A stretch of DNA of 64,000 nt from NCBI GenBank assembly GCA_023205875.1, contig CP060765.1, positions 496,001 to 560,000 of the forward strand. Direction: 5' to 3'. The DNA comes from Chloropicon primus (lineage: Eukaryota). Position numbers and translations under genes: made by a program. Below, piece by piece: positions 49,085-61,500 of this stretch (its first letter is position 1; every line of letters begins with the position of its first letter). The notes below the pieces were generated by a model. The model was not told where the DNA came from. It was given only the letters and a program-made list of their open reading frames with translations, and made no database searches.

Positions 49085-51670
49085 TCAGCGCATCAGCAAT
49101 GCGCTCAAGAACTTCTCCTGCTCCTCCGAGCAGCTCGGCCAGCCGTAGAACGGGATGCTGACCACTTTGTAGGACCAGTGCTCAAGAAGCTTGTTCCTGG
49201 CTAGCGTGGAGCCGTTCATCTTCAGGGTGTTGGCGGAGAAGTGAGAGGGGCCGTCCACCTCGATGACCACGGACTCGGTGAGCAGAATGTCTACCGAGAG
49301 GTACCCGTTGGTGGTGAGCTCCTCCACTTGGTGGGTGATCCCCAGCCGGTCGAGGCAGCGGCTCACGTCGTTGTGAAACCGAGACAAGATCGAGTCCTTG
49401 AGGACGATCGCCCTCCAGGAGTCCTCCGCCAGCTGGTGCAGGCTGGTGGGCAGGTCGCAGGCCACGGCAGCCTCCGCCCCGCCCTGGGCCTCCATCAGGA
49501 GGCTGGAATGGAAGAGCTGGGCCAGCTGCTTGCGCCTTCCCTTCGTCCCCCCAACGGTGACTTCCCCCAGCGTGTGCCGCCACAGGCGCTCGAAAGGCTC
49601 TCGGCTCTGAGCCCCGAGGTCTCCCACGCCCATCACCACGAACGCCCAGATGATGTTCGTCAGCTCCTGGCCCGAGAACTCGTTCCTGCTGGCCCTCTCC
49701 CACACCTCTGCCAAGAGGGGCGCCCGGTGGCCCTCCCCGAGCCTGTAACCCAGGGAGGCCACGGCCCACACCAAGTTGGCCAGCGCTTGCGGGGAAGACG
49801 ACTCCAGGGACAAGATGAAGCAGCCGATGAGCCTGGAGAGGAACTCCTCCCCGGGGTCGTAGCTCAGTGTGGCGTAGCACCACACCTGGTTGGCCAGGTG
49901 GATGTTCAAGTAGTCGCCAAGGATGGACGCGGCCCTCACGTGAAGAATGTCCAGGACGTCGATCCCGGGGTTATAGCTCAAGCTCGCGTAGGACCAAAGC
50001 AGGAGGCAGATGCTCTGGGGGCCGCAGGTATCCACCGTCGCGAGGAAAGACTCGGTGAGGTTCTGCATCACCGCCTTTTCGGGAAGGTACTGAAGGAGCG
50101 CAAAGGACTTCATGATGCTCGCCAGGCTCTTGCTGGGAATTTTCCTGCTCTTCCTGGAGACTTCCAGGGAGATCAGCCTCAGCACCACGGCGCCGGGGTT
50201 GTAGCTCAGGCTCGTCATCGCCCACAGCACGTTGGACAGGCCCTGAGGCGTGAACGATTTTATCTTCAGGGCCACTTCCTCGGTGAGCGCAAAGAGCATG
50301 TCCGGGGAGGGGATCACCCCAATTCTCCCGATCGCCCAAAGGGTCGTGCTCAGGGCCTGGGAGTTGAAGGTGTGGCACTTGGAGTGCACGCTCGCCAACA
50401 CCCTCTTGTACCGGGCGTCGTCCAGCCTGTAGTCCATCCTCGCCAGCCCCCACAAGGTGAGAGAGAGCTCCTGCTGGTTGAAAACCTCGATCATCTCGAC
50501 AGAGGACGAGATCAGCTGCTCCAGGCTCCCCTCGTCGATCGTGCACTGCAGCCGCCCTATGGACCACATCGCGTTCGCGAGGTCCTGGGGCTTCATCTCC
50601 TCCGGAGGCCTCGACATGAGCTCCGAGACGATCTGGTCGAATATGTCCGACTGGGGGTTGAAGTCCAGCCGGGCCATGGCCCACAGCACGTTCGACATGC
50701 CCTGCGGAACGGACTCCCTCACCTTGCAAACGTAGCAGCTCAGGAGAAGCTCCAGGGTGTGGTCGCTCACCCTCTGATTCATCGTCCCCAGAGCCCACAG
50801 GGTGTTGGAGAAGTTCTGGCTGTTGCACTCTGGCGATACCGCGAGCAGCCTGGCCACTATTTTCTCCAAAGCCTCTGGGTCTGGGTACTCCCCCAACTTT
50901 CCGCAGGCCCATATCATGTTCCCGATGGCCTGGCCGTTCGCCCCGTCCACGAGCAGGACGAACCTGTCGATCAACTTTTGTGTCAGGGTCGCTTTCTGGT
51001 CCTGCTTCGCGGGCATCCTGAGGGCAGCCATGGAGTGCAAGATGGTCGCAATATGCTTTGTGTTCATGGACGTCATCCTCTTCTTGACCAAGCTCTCGAG
51101 GGCCCTCTCCCCTCTCGCCCGTAGCTTCCTCCCGCCCGGGTCGTGCCGCTTGCTCCTGTGATCCCGCTTGGAGAGCCTCCTCAGTCGCACCACAGCGAGG
51201 CAGATGAGTGACACGTTCATGCTCCTCTCGTGCCTCAGGATGATGCTCCAGACCTTGTCCTCCGTCTTGGCTTTCTTAATTTTCATTCGGAGCACGTTCG
51301 TTACGTTGGCCTTGATGGCCGTGCCCGACCGGACCTCGTGCCTGTGCGGGTGCCGCCCCTGCCTGTGCTTCTGCCTCAGCCTTTCGTTCACCTCCACCGC
51401 CTCCTCCACCAGCGCTTCTATCGGGTCCAACGACGACGACGAGGACGACGACGAGGACGAGGAGGAGGAGTCCCTCTGCGATGCGAGTGGTGCCAAGGTG
51501 TGCGAGTGTCTCTCCCTCCCTCGCCGCGTCGCGTCCGTCCCTCCCCGGCGCAGGAGTCCTCGCCAGCGAGGTCGAGGGCGCCGCGCGAGCGAGGCCGAGG
51601 CCGAGGCCACCCTCCATTGCCTCGCCCGCGCGTGCCCTCCGCGGAGCCCGACCGCCACTGCCATCGCCAT
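49085..51670 (-). CDS. Octotricopeptide-repeat (OPR) protein with C-terminal RAP domain, organellar RNA metabolism
   Basis: ~38-aa repeats (PQGMSNVLWAMARL, PQDLANAMWSIGRL, PQGLSNVLWAMTSL) and a RAP motif SVDI...VIEVDGPSHF...RNKLL...VVSIPFYGW. Transit-like N-terminus. Confidence 0.9.
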   Translation of the reverse strand: MAMAVAVGLRGGHARARQWRVASASASLARRPRPRWRGLLRRGGTDATRRGRERHSHTLAPLASQRDSSSSSSSSSSSSSLDPIEALVEEAVEVNERLRQKHRQGRHPHRHEVRSGTAIKANVTNVLRMKIKKAKTEDKVWSIILRHERSMNVSLICLAVVRLRRLSKRDHRSKRHDPGGRKLRARGERALESLVKKRMTSMNTKHIATILHSMAALRMPAKQDQKATLTQKLIDRFVLLVDGANGQAIGNMIWACGKLGEYPDPEALEKIVARLLAVSPECNSQNFSNTLWALGTMNQRVSDHTLELLLSCYVCKVRESVPQGMSNVLWAMARLDFNPQSDIFDQIVSELMSRPPEEMKPQDLANAMWSIGRLQCTIDEGSLEQLISSSVEMIEVFNQQELSLTLWGLARMDYRLDDARYKRVLASVHSKCHTFNSQALSTTLWAIGRIGVIPSPDMLFALTEEVALKIKSFTPQGLSNVLWAMTSLSYNPGAVVLRLISLEVSRKSRKIPSKSLASIMKSFALLQYLPEKAVMQNLTESFLATVDTCGPQSICLLLWSYASLSYNPGIDVLDILHVRAASILGDYLNIHLANQVWCYATLSYDPGEEFLSRLIGCFILSLESSSPQALANLVWAVASLGYRLGEGHRAPLLAEVWERASRNEFSGQELTNIIWAFVVMGVGDLGAQSREPFERLWRHTLGEVTVGGTKGRRKQLAQLFHSSLLMEAQGGAEAAVACDLPTSLHQLAEDSWRAIVLKDSILSRFHNDVSRCLDRLGITHQVEELTTNGYLSVDILLTESVVIEVDGPSHFSANTLKMNGSTLARNKLLEHWSYKVVSIPFYGWPSCSEEQEKFLSALLMR

Positions 51671-52300
51671 CCTGAGCACGAGCACGAGGGGAACGAGCAG
51701 AGCAGAGCAGAGGAGAGGAGAGGAGAGGAGGAAGGCGGATGGATGGATGGATGGATGGGAGAGGGAGAGGGAGAGGGAGAGGGAGAGGGATCCTTCCTCG
51801 TCAATGTGCCTCTTTGCCATTCATTTGAGCCCTTGCATCGAAAGAATTGCCGCCCTGGGGGGAGAGTCTGGGAGGCTGTCCGGCATAGTGATCGATCGAT
51901 CGATCGCGCGCCAGAGAGAGAAGGGGAGGGGATGCAGTGGTCGGTGAGCCAAGGGGCCAAGCCTTCGAGCACAGCAGAACAAAATTGCGGCAGCCCCTGG
52001 CGGAGGTCCCACGGAATGGGCTGGAACGTTGTGAGGAGCGCGAGGGGTCGTCGAGGGGTCGATCACAAGATCCACCTGGAACCAGCCCCAATCGGTGCCA
52101 AAGAGGGCCAAAGAAGAAGAAGAAAGAGAAAGAAGAGGAAGCCCACTATCCTCCATGCCCTCCCTCACCCTTTTCCGCCCCCAACGGAGGGAGTCGATGG
52201 CTAATGCAATGCGATGGCTCATCTTTTGATCACAGCCTCAAGCTCCTTGTGGATAAGCCTGCCTTTTCTTTTTTGGCGGGAGAGAGAGAGAGAGAGGAGG

Positions 52301-55300
52301 ATGGCGGTGGCGATGAAGACGAGCAAGAGGAGCAAGGCGAGGTCCTCGTGTCACTTGGGGGAGGGTTCGGTCCTCGCGTCGTGGCGTGGGACGCGGACCG
52401 GGGGAAAGGGGAACACGTCCTCCGCCGCTCCTCGAAGGAGACTGCAAGCGACGAGGTATGGAGCCCTCTCGAGCGTGGCCAGGAGGAGGGAGGGCCTCCT
52501 GGGCGGCAGGAAGGGCGTCGTGCGGAGGGCGTTCTTGGAGGACTTGCAGAGCAACTTCAACAAAATGTTCAAGGGGGACCCGTCGGAAGCTTGCCGGAAA
52601 AAGTACCAGGAGCAGCTGGACAGGATAAATGGTTTGGAGCCTGGAATGAAGCGGCTGAGCGACGAGGAGCTGAGGCAGAAGACGGAGGACCTCAAGCAAA
52701 GGGTTCAGGCCAGGGTGGTGAGCAAGGATGGGCCCGTGGACCAGCAGAGCGTCTTCACGGACGACATCGTGTGCGAGGCTTTCGCCTTGGTTCGCGAGGG
52801 GGCCCTGAGGGCCATCGGCCTGAGGCCGTTCGACTGCCAGGTGATTGGCGGCCTGGTGCTCCACGAGGGCGAGATCGCTGAGATGGGGACGGGAGAGGGA
52901 AAGACGCTGGTTTCGGTGGCCCCTGCTTTCCTCAACGCCCTGTGCGGCAGGGGCGTTCACGTGGTGACCGTGAACGACTATCTCGCGAGGAGGGACGCCG
53001 AGTGGGTGGGAAGGGTGCACACCTTCCTCGGGTTGCAAGTTGGCTTGATCCAGAGCGGTGGGGCGGGGCTCGTGGGCGGTCAGATCGCCCAGGCAGCCGA
53101 GGGGGAGTCCGTCGACCCCGACATCAAGAGACAGGCGTACCAGGCGGACATCACTTACGTCACGAACAGTGAGCTCGGGTTCGACTTTTTGAGGGACAAC
53201 CTCGCGGCCACCAAGGAGGAGCTCGTCCTGAGGGACAACAACCCCTACTACTGCATCATCGACGAGGTGGACAGCATTCTCATCGACGAGGCCAGGACTC
53301 CTTTGATCATCTCCGGCCAGGCGGAGCAGCCCTCCTCCAAGTACGAGAGGTCGTACCAGATCGCCAAGGCCTTGGTCGAGGACACCCACTACACCGTGGA
53401 GGAGAAGAGGCAGACGGTCCTGCTCACGGAGGAGGGCTACGAAGCGGTCGAGTCGGTCCTGCAAGTGAGCGACTTGTACGATCCCAGGGAGCAATGGATT
53501 TCTTTCATATCCAACGCGGTCAAGGCCAAGGAGCTCCAGAAGAAAGACGTGAACTATATCGTCAAGGGCGGTGAGATCGTCATCATCGACGAGTTCACGG
53601 GGAGGACCATGCCGGGCAGGAGGTGGGGCGAGGGCCTGCACCAAGCCATCGAGGCGAAGGAGGGCCTCGAGATCCAGAACGAGACCGTGACGCTGGCGTC
53701 CATTTCCTACCAGAACTTCTTTAGGGCGTACCAAAAGAAGGCGGGGATGACGGGAACGGCTGACACGGAAAGAGCCGAGTTCGAGAGCATCTACAACCTC
53801 GAAGTCTCTGTCGTCCCGACCAACAAGCCCTCCCAGCGCACGGACAACCCGGACGTGGTCTTCCGATCGGAGAGAGGAAAGTGGAACGCCGTGATGATTG
53901 AGATCAGAAGGATGCACAAGACCGGCCGCCCCGTCCTGGTGGGCACGACGAGCGTCGAGGAAAGCGAAAGGCTCGCGGAGAGCCTGGACGAGGAGGGGAT
54001 CCCGTACCAGCTCCTGAACGCAAAGCCGGAGAATGTGCAGAGGGAGTCGGAGATCGTTGCGCAGAGCGGCAGGCTGGGGGCCGTGACAATCTCGACCAAC
54101 ATGGCTGGAAGGGGGACGGACATCTTGCTGGGCGGCAATGCGGACTTCATGGCGAGGCTCAAAGTGAGGGAGGTCCTGTTCCCGCAGATTGTGGGCACGG
54201 AGGATGCGGAGAGAGTGGGCAAAAGCATCGTGAAGGGCAAGAAGAAGATGAAGGACAAGCAGATGAAGGACTGGAAGCTGTCGGAGGATCTCTACCCGTG
54301 TGAGCTCTCTGAGAACACCCGAGAGATTCTGGAGGTCACTGCCCAGTACGTCACCAAGCAGCTGGACGGAGAAAAGGTGACGGAGCTCGAGGCTTCGGAC
54401 ATGCTCTCGAGGGCTTGCGAGAAGTCCAGCAACAGGGACAAGGTCTCCGAGCTGATCAACGAGGCGTACACCGCGGTGTGCGAGGAATATGCCGAGGTGA
54501 CGAGCGAGGAGAAGAGGAGGGTGCTCGAGCTCGGTGGGTTGCATGTCATCGGAACGGAGCGCCACGAGAGCAGGAGGATCGACAACCAGCTGAGAGGCCG
54601 GAGCGGCAGGCAGGGGGACAACGGGAGCACGAGATTCTTCCTGAGCTTGGAGGACAAGATCTTCAGAATTTTTGGAGGGGACAGGGTGAAGGCGATGATG
54701 TCGGCCTTCAGGGTGGAGGACCTCCCCATCGAGTCCCAGATGCTCACCTCGGCCCTGAACGAGGCCCAGAGGAAAGTCGAGGCTTACTTTTACGACATCA
54801 GGAAGCAGCTCTTTGAGTACGACGAGGTCCTGAACATTCAGAGGGAAAAGGTGTACTCGGAGAGGAGAAGGGCGCTCCTGGCCACGGAGGCGCAGCTGAG
54901 TGACCAGATGATAGAGTACGCCGAGCTCACGGTGAACGATGTGCTGGAAGCCAACTTGGACCCGGCGACCCCGGAAGAGACCTGGAACCTCGAGGGCCTT
55001 GCAGGGAAAATGAAGCAGTACTGCTACATGCTGGAGGAGTTGGACGAACAAGTCCTGAGGCAGCAGGGTGGGTACGAGGGGATTCGGACGTACCTGCAGA
55101 GGCGGTGTGTGGAGGCCTACCAGCAGAAGGTCGCCGAGGTCAACGCCGTGGAGGACAACTTGATGGCCGAAGCGGAGCAATTCTTCGTCCTGACCCAGTA
55201 CGACAACTTGTGGAAGACCCACCTCCAGTCCATCAAGTTCCTGCAGACCGCAGTGGGGCTCCGCGGATACGCTCAGAGGGACCCCCTCACCGAGTTCAAG

Positions 55301-55435
55301 CTGGAAGGCTACAACTTGTTCTTGGAGATGATGGCCCAAGTCCGAAGGAACTGCATCTATTCCGTCTACCAATTCAAGCCCGAAGTCGTCAAGCCCAAGG
55401 CCCAGAAGGTCGAAGAGGAGGTCAAATCAAGCTAA
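52301..55435 (+). CDS. SECA1: Chloroplast protein translocase ATPase SecA1
   Basis: Transit peptide. AEMGTGEGKT, VVTVNDYLARRD, IDEVDSILIDEARTPLIISG, STNMAGRGTDI, ERHESRRIDNQLRGRSGRQGD and LRGYAQRDPL. Confidence 0.97.
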   Translation: MAVAMKTSKRSKARSSCHLGEGSVLASWRGTRTGGKGNTSSAAPRRRLQATRYGALSSVARRREGLLGGRKGVVRRAFLEDLQSNFNKMFKGDPSEACRKKYQEQLDRINGLEPGMKRLSDEELRQKTEDLKQRVQARVVSKDGPVDQQSVFTDDIVCEAFALVREGALRAIGLRPFDCQVIGGLVLHEGEIAEMGTGEGKTLVSVAPAFLNALCGRGVHVVTVNDYLARRDAEWVGRVHTFLGLQVGLIQSGGAGLVGGQIAQAAEGESVDPDIKRQAYQADITYVTNSELGFDFLRDNLAATKEELVLRDNNPYYCIIDEVDSILIDEARTPLIISGQAEQPSSKYERSYQIAKALVEDTHYTVEEKRQTVLLTEEGYEAVESVLQVSDLYDPREQWISFISNAVKAKELQKKDVNYIVKGGEIVIIDEFTGRTMPGRRWGEGLHQAIEAKEGLEIQNETVTLASISYQNFFRAYQKKAGMTGTADTERAEFESIYNLEVSVVPTNKPSQRTDNPDVVFRSERGKWNAVMIEIRRMHKTGRPVLVGTTSVEESERLAESLDEEGIPYQLLNAKPENVQRESEIVAQSGRLGAVTISTNMAGRGTDILLGGNADFMARLKVREVLFPQIVGTEDAERVGKSIVKGKKKMKDKQMKDWKLSEDLYPCELSENTREILEVTAQYVTKQLDGEKVTELEASDMLSRACEKSSNRDKVSELINEAYTAVCEEYAEVTSEEKRRVLELGGLHVIGTERHESRRIDNQLRGRSGRQGDNGSTRFFLSLEDKIFRIFGGDRVKAMMSAFRVEDLPIESQMLTSALNEAQRKVEAYFYDIRKQLFEYDEVLNIQREKVYSERRRALLATEAQLSDQMIEYAELTVNDVLEANLDPATPEETWNLEGLAGKMKQYCYMLEELDEQVLRQQGGYEGIRTYLQRRCVEAYQQKVAEVNAVEDNLMAEAEQFFVLTQYDNLWKTHLQSIKFLQTAVGLRGYAQRDPLTEFKLEGYNLFLEMMAQVRRNCIYSVYQFKPEVVKPKAQKVEEEVKSS

Positions 55436-55552
55436 GCTAAACTTTTTGTAATTACAAACCGAAATGACCCAATTCCATCCATCCATCCATCTCATCCTCG
55501 TTGCAGGACTCGCCTCCCCCTTTCTGCATCAGCATCTCAAAATCGAAGGATC

Positions 55553-56434
55553 ATGGCTTCTTCCAATGGCGAGGAGAACGCGGAGAGCACGCCGCCGTCC
55601 CAAGCGCCTGGGGGGGGCGATTGGTACGGCGACCTCCAGGCCGTCACCTCTGACACCTTGGAGTCCGTCACCTCGTTTTTCTCGCTCCCCGACGGGCTCA
55701 CGGGGGAAGGGATCCGGCGAGAGGATGGGGAAAACCTCATCAAGGGGTATGTGAACCAAGCCGTGGAGGCGGTGACGACCACGGTCGACGAGGGGGCTAA
55801 GTGGGCGAGTTCCGTGTTCAAGGATGTCCGGACTCAGGCGACTGCGCAGAAGACGGCGTACGTCGACCCTGCCCTGAGGCAGGCCTGCCACATGGTCTCC
55901 GTGGCGCGGGAGCTGGAGGTGCAGGCAATAGGTAGGATCAGGAAGCACTATTGTTGGGCGTACGAGCAGCAGCCAGAGCTCGTCGCATTCACGTCGTTTG
56001 CTGCCCTCGTCCTCGCTTTCCCGGGAACGCGGCGGATGGTGGTGAGGGGAACGCTGCGCTTGCGGTCGCAGGAAGGCCTCTACAAAAGAGTTTCTCAGCA
56101 AAACACTGTCCTGGCCCAGTCGGTCGACCTGCAATTGCAGGAGACGAGGAAACTTCTGGACAGGACAAAGGTCGCCACTGAGGAGTTTGTTAGAACCCAG
56201 AAGAAGCTCAAGGACGCGAGGAACCAGTTGGACTCGTTGCAATCGAGACTGTACAAGACGGACAAGAGCGTCTGGGGCTTGCTGGACGACCTGTCTCTGA
56301 TCAAAACGAAGGAGTTCCAGAAACAAGCACAGTCTCTCCAAACTGAAGTGGCGGCGAAGAAGGACGAAATCAGGAAGCAGACGAAACTCGTCCAGAAGGC
56401 GATTAAAGACATTGCCGCGACTGCTGGTATCTAA
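55553..56434 (+). CDS. RGS1-HXK1-interacting protein 1 (RHIP1)-like coiled-coil membrane protein
   Basis: Hydrophobic segment followed by PGTRRMVVRGTLRLRSQE and SVDLQLQETRKLLDRT, matching the plant RHIP1 family pattern from memory. Confidence 0.7.
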   Translation: MASSNGEENAESTPPSQAPGGGDWYGDLQAVTSDTLESVTSFFSLPDGLTGEGIRREDGENLIKGYVNQAVEAVTTTVDEGAKWASSVFKDVRTQATAQKTAYVDPALRQACHMVSVARELEVQAIGRIRKHYCWAYEQQPELVAFTSFAALVLAFPGTRRMVVRGTLRLRSQEGLYKRVSQQNTVLAQSVDLQLQETRKLLDRTKVATEEFVRTQKKLKDARNQLDSLQSRLYKTDKSVWGLLDDLSLIKTKEFQKQAQSLQTEVAAKKDEIRKQTKLVQKAIKDIAATAGI

Positions 56435-56473
56435 AACGAAGCCGTACGGATAGATGAAATAGAAACACAAAAG

Positions 56474-57477
56474 CTACAACTCGAGGTGCCTCAATCCCTC
56501 GTGGACGACCCTCACGTCCATGTCAAGCAGGGCGGCGACGAGGACGAAGACCGTGATGAGAACGGCAGCGATGGCGATTAAGCCCCCGCAAGTGTTCTGC
56601 CTGTTCTTCCGAACTTTGGCTTGCGGGTTCATCGTCGCGATGAGCCTCTCCTTCGGCAAACTCTCGAGTATGACGATGCCAGGACCCGTGAGTTTCTGCA
56701 TGAAGATCCCTTCGCCCCCGAATATAGCGCTCTTGACGCTCCCGGTGTACTGGAGATTGTAGCTCACCGTGGACTGGAAGGCCACCAGGCAACCCGCGTC
56801 GACGTACACCGTTTCTCCCCTCGCCAGCTTCTTCTGCACGGGCGTCCCCCCCGCCGTGATGAAGCACAGTCCTTTGCCCTCGAGCTTCTGCAGCACCATG
56901 CCTTCGCCTCCGAAGAACCCGGCGCTGAAGCTCTTCACCATCTTTGACGTCACTCGGACGTCCCCGACAGAACAAAAGTACGAGTCTTGCTGGCAATACA
57001 TCTCTCCTCCCAGCGTGTTCAGGTCCAGCGGAAGTATCCGATTGATCATGTGGGTCGCAAACGCGACGTACTGCACGACATTGCAACGTGAATTGGTCAG
57101 CAGCAGGAGAGAGTGATGACGAAGATGATGACGAAGATGATGACGAAGATGATGATAAGTGATCTCTCTGTCGGGTTCCTTACCTCGGGTCTGGTCCCCT
57201 CGTTGGTGTAGGTGTTGACGAAATAGGACTCCCCGGTGAGGATCCTCGACAGAGCAGAGATGATGCTCCCCCCAGCCTTGGTCTTCACACTAATCCTGCT
57301 GTTCATGTAGAACAAAGCTCCAGGCTCTGCCTGTATGTCTTGGCCTGGCGGGAGCAGAACCTGGAGCACTTGAGCCTCGCCACCCACGATGTGGAACTCG
57401 AGTGGAGTCTCCTCGCCACCATCCCAGCGGTTGTACACGAAGGGAGCAAACGGGGTAGCAACCGACGCCTGTGCCAT
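56474..57477 (-). CDS. AIM24 / TRAP-like domain protein (2 exons)
   Basis: complement(join(56474..57070,57184..57477)). AEPGALFYM, LTGESYFVN, GFFGGEGMVLQKLEG, VDAGCLVAF and IFGGEGIF...LTGPGIVILESLP. C-terminal TM. Confidence 0.9.
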
Positions 57478-58568
57478 CCTCGATGCTTCCTTCTCCTTGG
57501 GGAGGAGGAGGGAGAAACAATCAATCAAACAATCAATCAATCAATCAATCAAATCAATCTTATCCCCTCAGAATCCTCACCACAGCGTTGTTTCTTTCGA
57601 GCGAGGGTTCTTTCGGAAGACAGCAGCAAGGCGTATCGTCCCAAGTCGAAGTCCTTTCGCCTATCTCCCTTGTTCCCCGCCCTCAATCGCCTCAATCGTC
57701 GCAATCAATCGCCCTCCTCCTCGAAGGCAGAGCCTCGGCCTTCCTCATCTCCAATTTTGCTATTACCATCATCTAAAAGCGAGGACAGCTCGAGAGCGAG
57801 GAGAGAGAGGAGAGGAGAGGAGAGAGGAGAGAGGAGAGGAAGGGGCAAAAGGAAAGGGCACAGAGATCCTCTCTCCACGCTGGTTGTTGCTGATTCCGTT
57901 CTGTTCTTCCGCTCTGTCTTATTGTGTTGTGTTGGTTCACTGTTGCAAAAAAGGTTTCGATGATCTTGCCGTTGTAGGGCGGAGGACAAGGGTAAGGGTA
58001 AGGGTAATGTCGTCCTCTCTTCCTCTTCCTCTTCCTGTGTCCTGTGTCCTGTTCTCTGTGTTCTCTCCTTTGCCCGTCGTCCGGAAGGTGGAAGGACTTT
58101 CCACTCCTCTATCCTGTGTCCTGTGTCCTGTGTCCTGTATCCTGTGTCGGGTGTCGTGTGTCGTGTGTCCAGTTTCCTTAATGAAACCCCAAGGCCTCGT
58201 TGTGGCGGCCTCCCCCCGAGGGTTTGGTTTTTCTCAAGCCTTGGCCAACGAGAGTTTCTCTGTCTCCTCTGTCTTCTGTCCTTCTTCTGTCTTCTTGTGC
58301 TTCTTCTTTGTGGTTTGTTGTCTTAGAGCGGCGCAGGCAGGCTGGAAAGACTGGACTGGACCGTCCGCTGGAGGGAGGAGACTGGACTGGACTGGACTCG
58401 CGGCTCCAGGACGAGGAACAAGGAGGCAGGAAGAGGGAAGTGTGCGCACTCCTCCCTCTTGGGCTGCATTTGGAAGGCGCGCTGCGCCAGGGAGGGACAC
58501 TCAACTCAACTCAACTCAACCTTGGTGTTGTGGTTTAGGGAGCACCTGCTGAGTGGGTTCATTTCAAC

Positions 58569-61500
58569 ATGAGTACCAAATCTTTCTCATGGAACAAGAG
58601 CAAGCAGTCTCAGGCCACGGACAAGCTGGCCACGGACGTGGAGCTGACGGAGCACACTTGGGAAATAAAGCGTATCGCGGAGTTTTACCACACGTCCACG
58701 GAGGTGGGCCTTACGCCCGACCAGGTTGTGCTCAACCGGAATGAGTACGGAGAGAACAAGCTGACTCCGCCCAAGAAGACGCCCTTGTGGGTCAAATTCT
58801 TGGAGCAGTTCACGAACTTCTTCTCGCTCTTGCTTCTCGCCGGTAGCATCTTGTGCTTCATTGGTTTCAGCATTGACCCGGAGAAGGATGAAGTCAACTT
58901 GTACCTCGGTATCGTCCTCGGTGCCGTCGTCTTTATCACTTGCTCTTTCAGTTTCTACCAGGAAGCGCAGAGTGACAGCATCATGGAAGGCTTCAAGGAC
59001 ATGATCCCAAGGAAGTCCAAGGTGATCCGTTCCACTGGCGCGCAGATCATTGACGCAACGGAGGTGGTCAAGGGAGACCTCGTGGAGCTCAACGAGGGAG
59101 ACCAGGTCCCTGCGGACGTCAGAGTCATCAGCGCCAACGAGCTTCACGTCGACAATGCCAGTCTTACCGGTGAGGCTGAGCCACAGCAGCGTACGGGAGA
59201 GGTCGAGAAGGAGGTGAACGGAAAGCCCCCACCAGTCATGGAAGCCAAGAACATCGCTTTCTACGGTACCATCATCAGCTCCGGAGCTGGCATGGGTATC
59301 GTCGTCGGAATTGGCGACAACACCGCCATGGGTCAGATCGCTAACTTGACCACCGGGCAGGAGAAGAAGCGTACGCCAATCAACGAGGAGATCAGGAAGT
59401 TCATCTTGCTTATCTCTGCCATCGCGATCACCCTTGGCGTGACCTTGTTCGGAATCGGTTTCGCTCAGACGACCTTCATCAAGAACATCGTCTTCGCCAT
59501 CGGTATCATCGTGGCCAACGTGCCAGAGGGCCTTCTCGCCACCGTGACCGTCTCTCTGGCCCTTACCGCCAAGAGAATGAGCCACAGGAAGGTGCTCGTG
59601 AAGCACTTGGAGGCCGTCGAGACTCTCGGCAGTACCACCGTCATCGCTTCCGATAAGACGGGAACTCTCACCCAGAACCGTATGACTGTGCAGCACACCT
59701 GGTACGACGACAAGATTCTTGATGTGCCTGCCGCCAGGAACAAGAAGGAGTACGACCAGATGTGCGACGACTCCAAGGGCAAGATGTACAACACCGAGGA
59801 CCCAACCTTCAAGATCTTGCACGCCATCGGAGCCGTGTGCAACAACTCCAAGTTCCTTGTCAGCGAGGAGAACCCAACCCCAGTGACTGAGGGCTGGCTG
59901 AAGGACGACTACAACATGCTTGACGTCAACTGCAGCAGTGATGCCAGTGAGACTGGATTGGTCAAGGCCTTGCAGCCGATTAGGGACGTCGAGGAGTTCA
60001 GGAAGGCCAACCCAAAGATCTTCGAGATCAAGTTCAACTCCACCAACAAGTGGATGTGCAGCATCCACGACATGGAGAAGGGATTCGGCATGGACCGCGT
60101 CATGATGCTCAAGGGCGCCCCGGAGAGGGTGATCAGGATGTGCAAGACCATCTGCGTCAACGGCCAGAAGGTGAAGCTCACCCCTGAGTGGAAGGAGAAG
60201 TTCCAGAACGCCTACGAATCCTTGGGAGGCCTCGGAGAGAGAGTCTTGGGATTCGCGTACAGGGACATGTCCGACCAGCCAAAGAACAAGGAGTACACCT
60301 CCAAGCCGGAGCCCAACTTCCCTATGGACGACCTGACCTTCGCGGGACTCTTCACTTTGATTGACCCCCCAAGGATCGGAGTGCCAGAGGCCGTGGGCAA
60401 GTGCAAGCGTGGAGGAATCAAGGTCTTCATGGTGACCGGGGACCACCCCATCACCGCCGAGGCCATCGCCAAGCAGGTCGGAATCATCGATGAGTCTGAG
60501 GGCAAGTCCATTGTGATCAAGGGAGATGACATCAGAGACATCATGGAGCTCAGCGAGGAGGAGCAGAGTGCCAAGTGGGACTTCTGGCTCTCTCACAAGC
60601 AGATTGTCTTCGCCCGCGTGTCGCCAAAGCACAAGCTCATCATTTGTGACAACGCCCAGAAGAGAGGAGAGATCGTCGCCGTGACCGGTGATGGTGTGAA
60701 CGACGCCCCAGCCCTCAGTGCCGCCCATATTGGAGTGGCCATGGGTATCATGGGAAAAGACGTTGCCAAGGAGGCCGCTGACATGATTCTCATGGACGAC
60801 AACTTCGCCTCCATCGTCAACGGTGTTGAGGAGGGCAGACTGATCTTCGACAACTTGAAGAAGTCGATCAGTTACACGCTCACGTCGAACATCCCAGAGA
60901 TCGGACCTTTCATCATCTACATGCTTTTGAACATCCCGCTCCCATTGAGTACCGTGCTCATCCTTTGCGTTGATCTTGGTACCGATATGTGGCCAGCCAT
61001 CTCGCTGGCCTACGAGGAGAAGGAGAGTGACATCATGGACAGGCCCCCAAGAAACGCCGCCACGGACCGCCTCGTGAACAGGCGTTTGATCACCTTTGCT
61101 TACTTCCAGATCGGTATCATGCAGGTGCTCGCTGGTTTCTTCACGTACCTCATCGTTCTTAACGATTACGGCTACACCCCAAGGATTCTCATGGGACTTG
61201 GCTCGGACTGGGAAGACTTCCCAGTCATGTGCACCGTGAGAGGAAACGGGGCCCCAGGATCCTGTGGCTACGGATGCGCCGATCCTGACTTCAACAAGCT
61301 CGGCCTTGGTGACATCGAGGGTGACAGGAAATGGTGCCAGCAGGGTTGCAACATTCCAGTCTACGGCTACGGGGACCCATTCATTGAGCACACTCACGAC
61401 GGATTCAGAGGTTTCGGAGCCGGCGGGGAGGAGGCCACCTGTGGCCGAACATGCGCCTGGTTCTACTCCCAGGGCAACAGCACCGGGAACACGTTCGAGG

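Noticed and set aside
52238..55372. 1044-aa - strand ORF opposite SecA
   Set aside because: Shadow ORF produced by codon bias. It is L/V/H-rich with no domain.
57989..58007. (AGGGTA)3 as an interstitial telomere
   Set aside because: Only three units, and not the TTTAGGG/TTAGGG type. It sits among other microsatellites.
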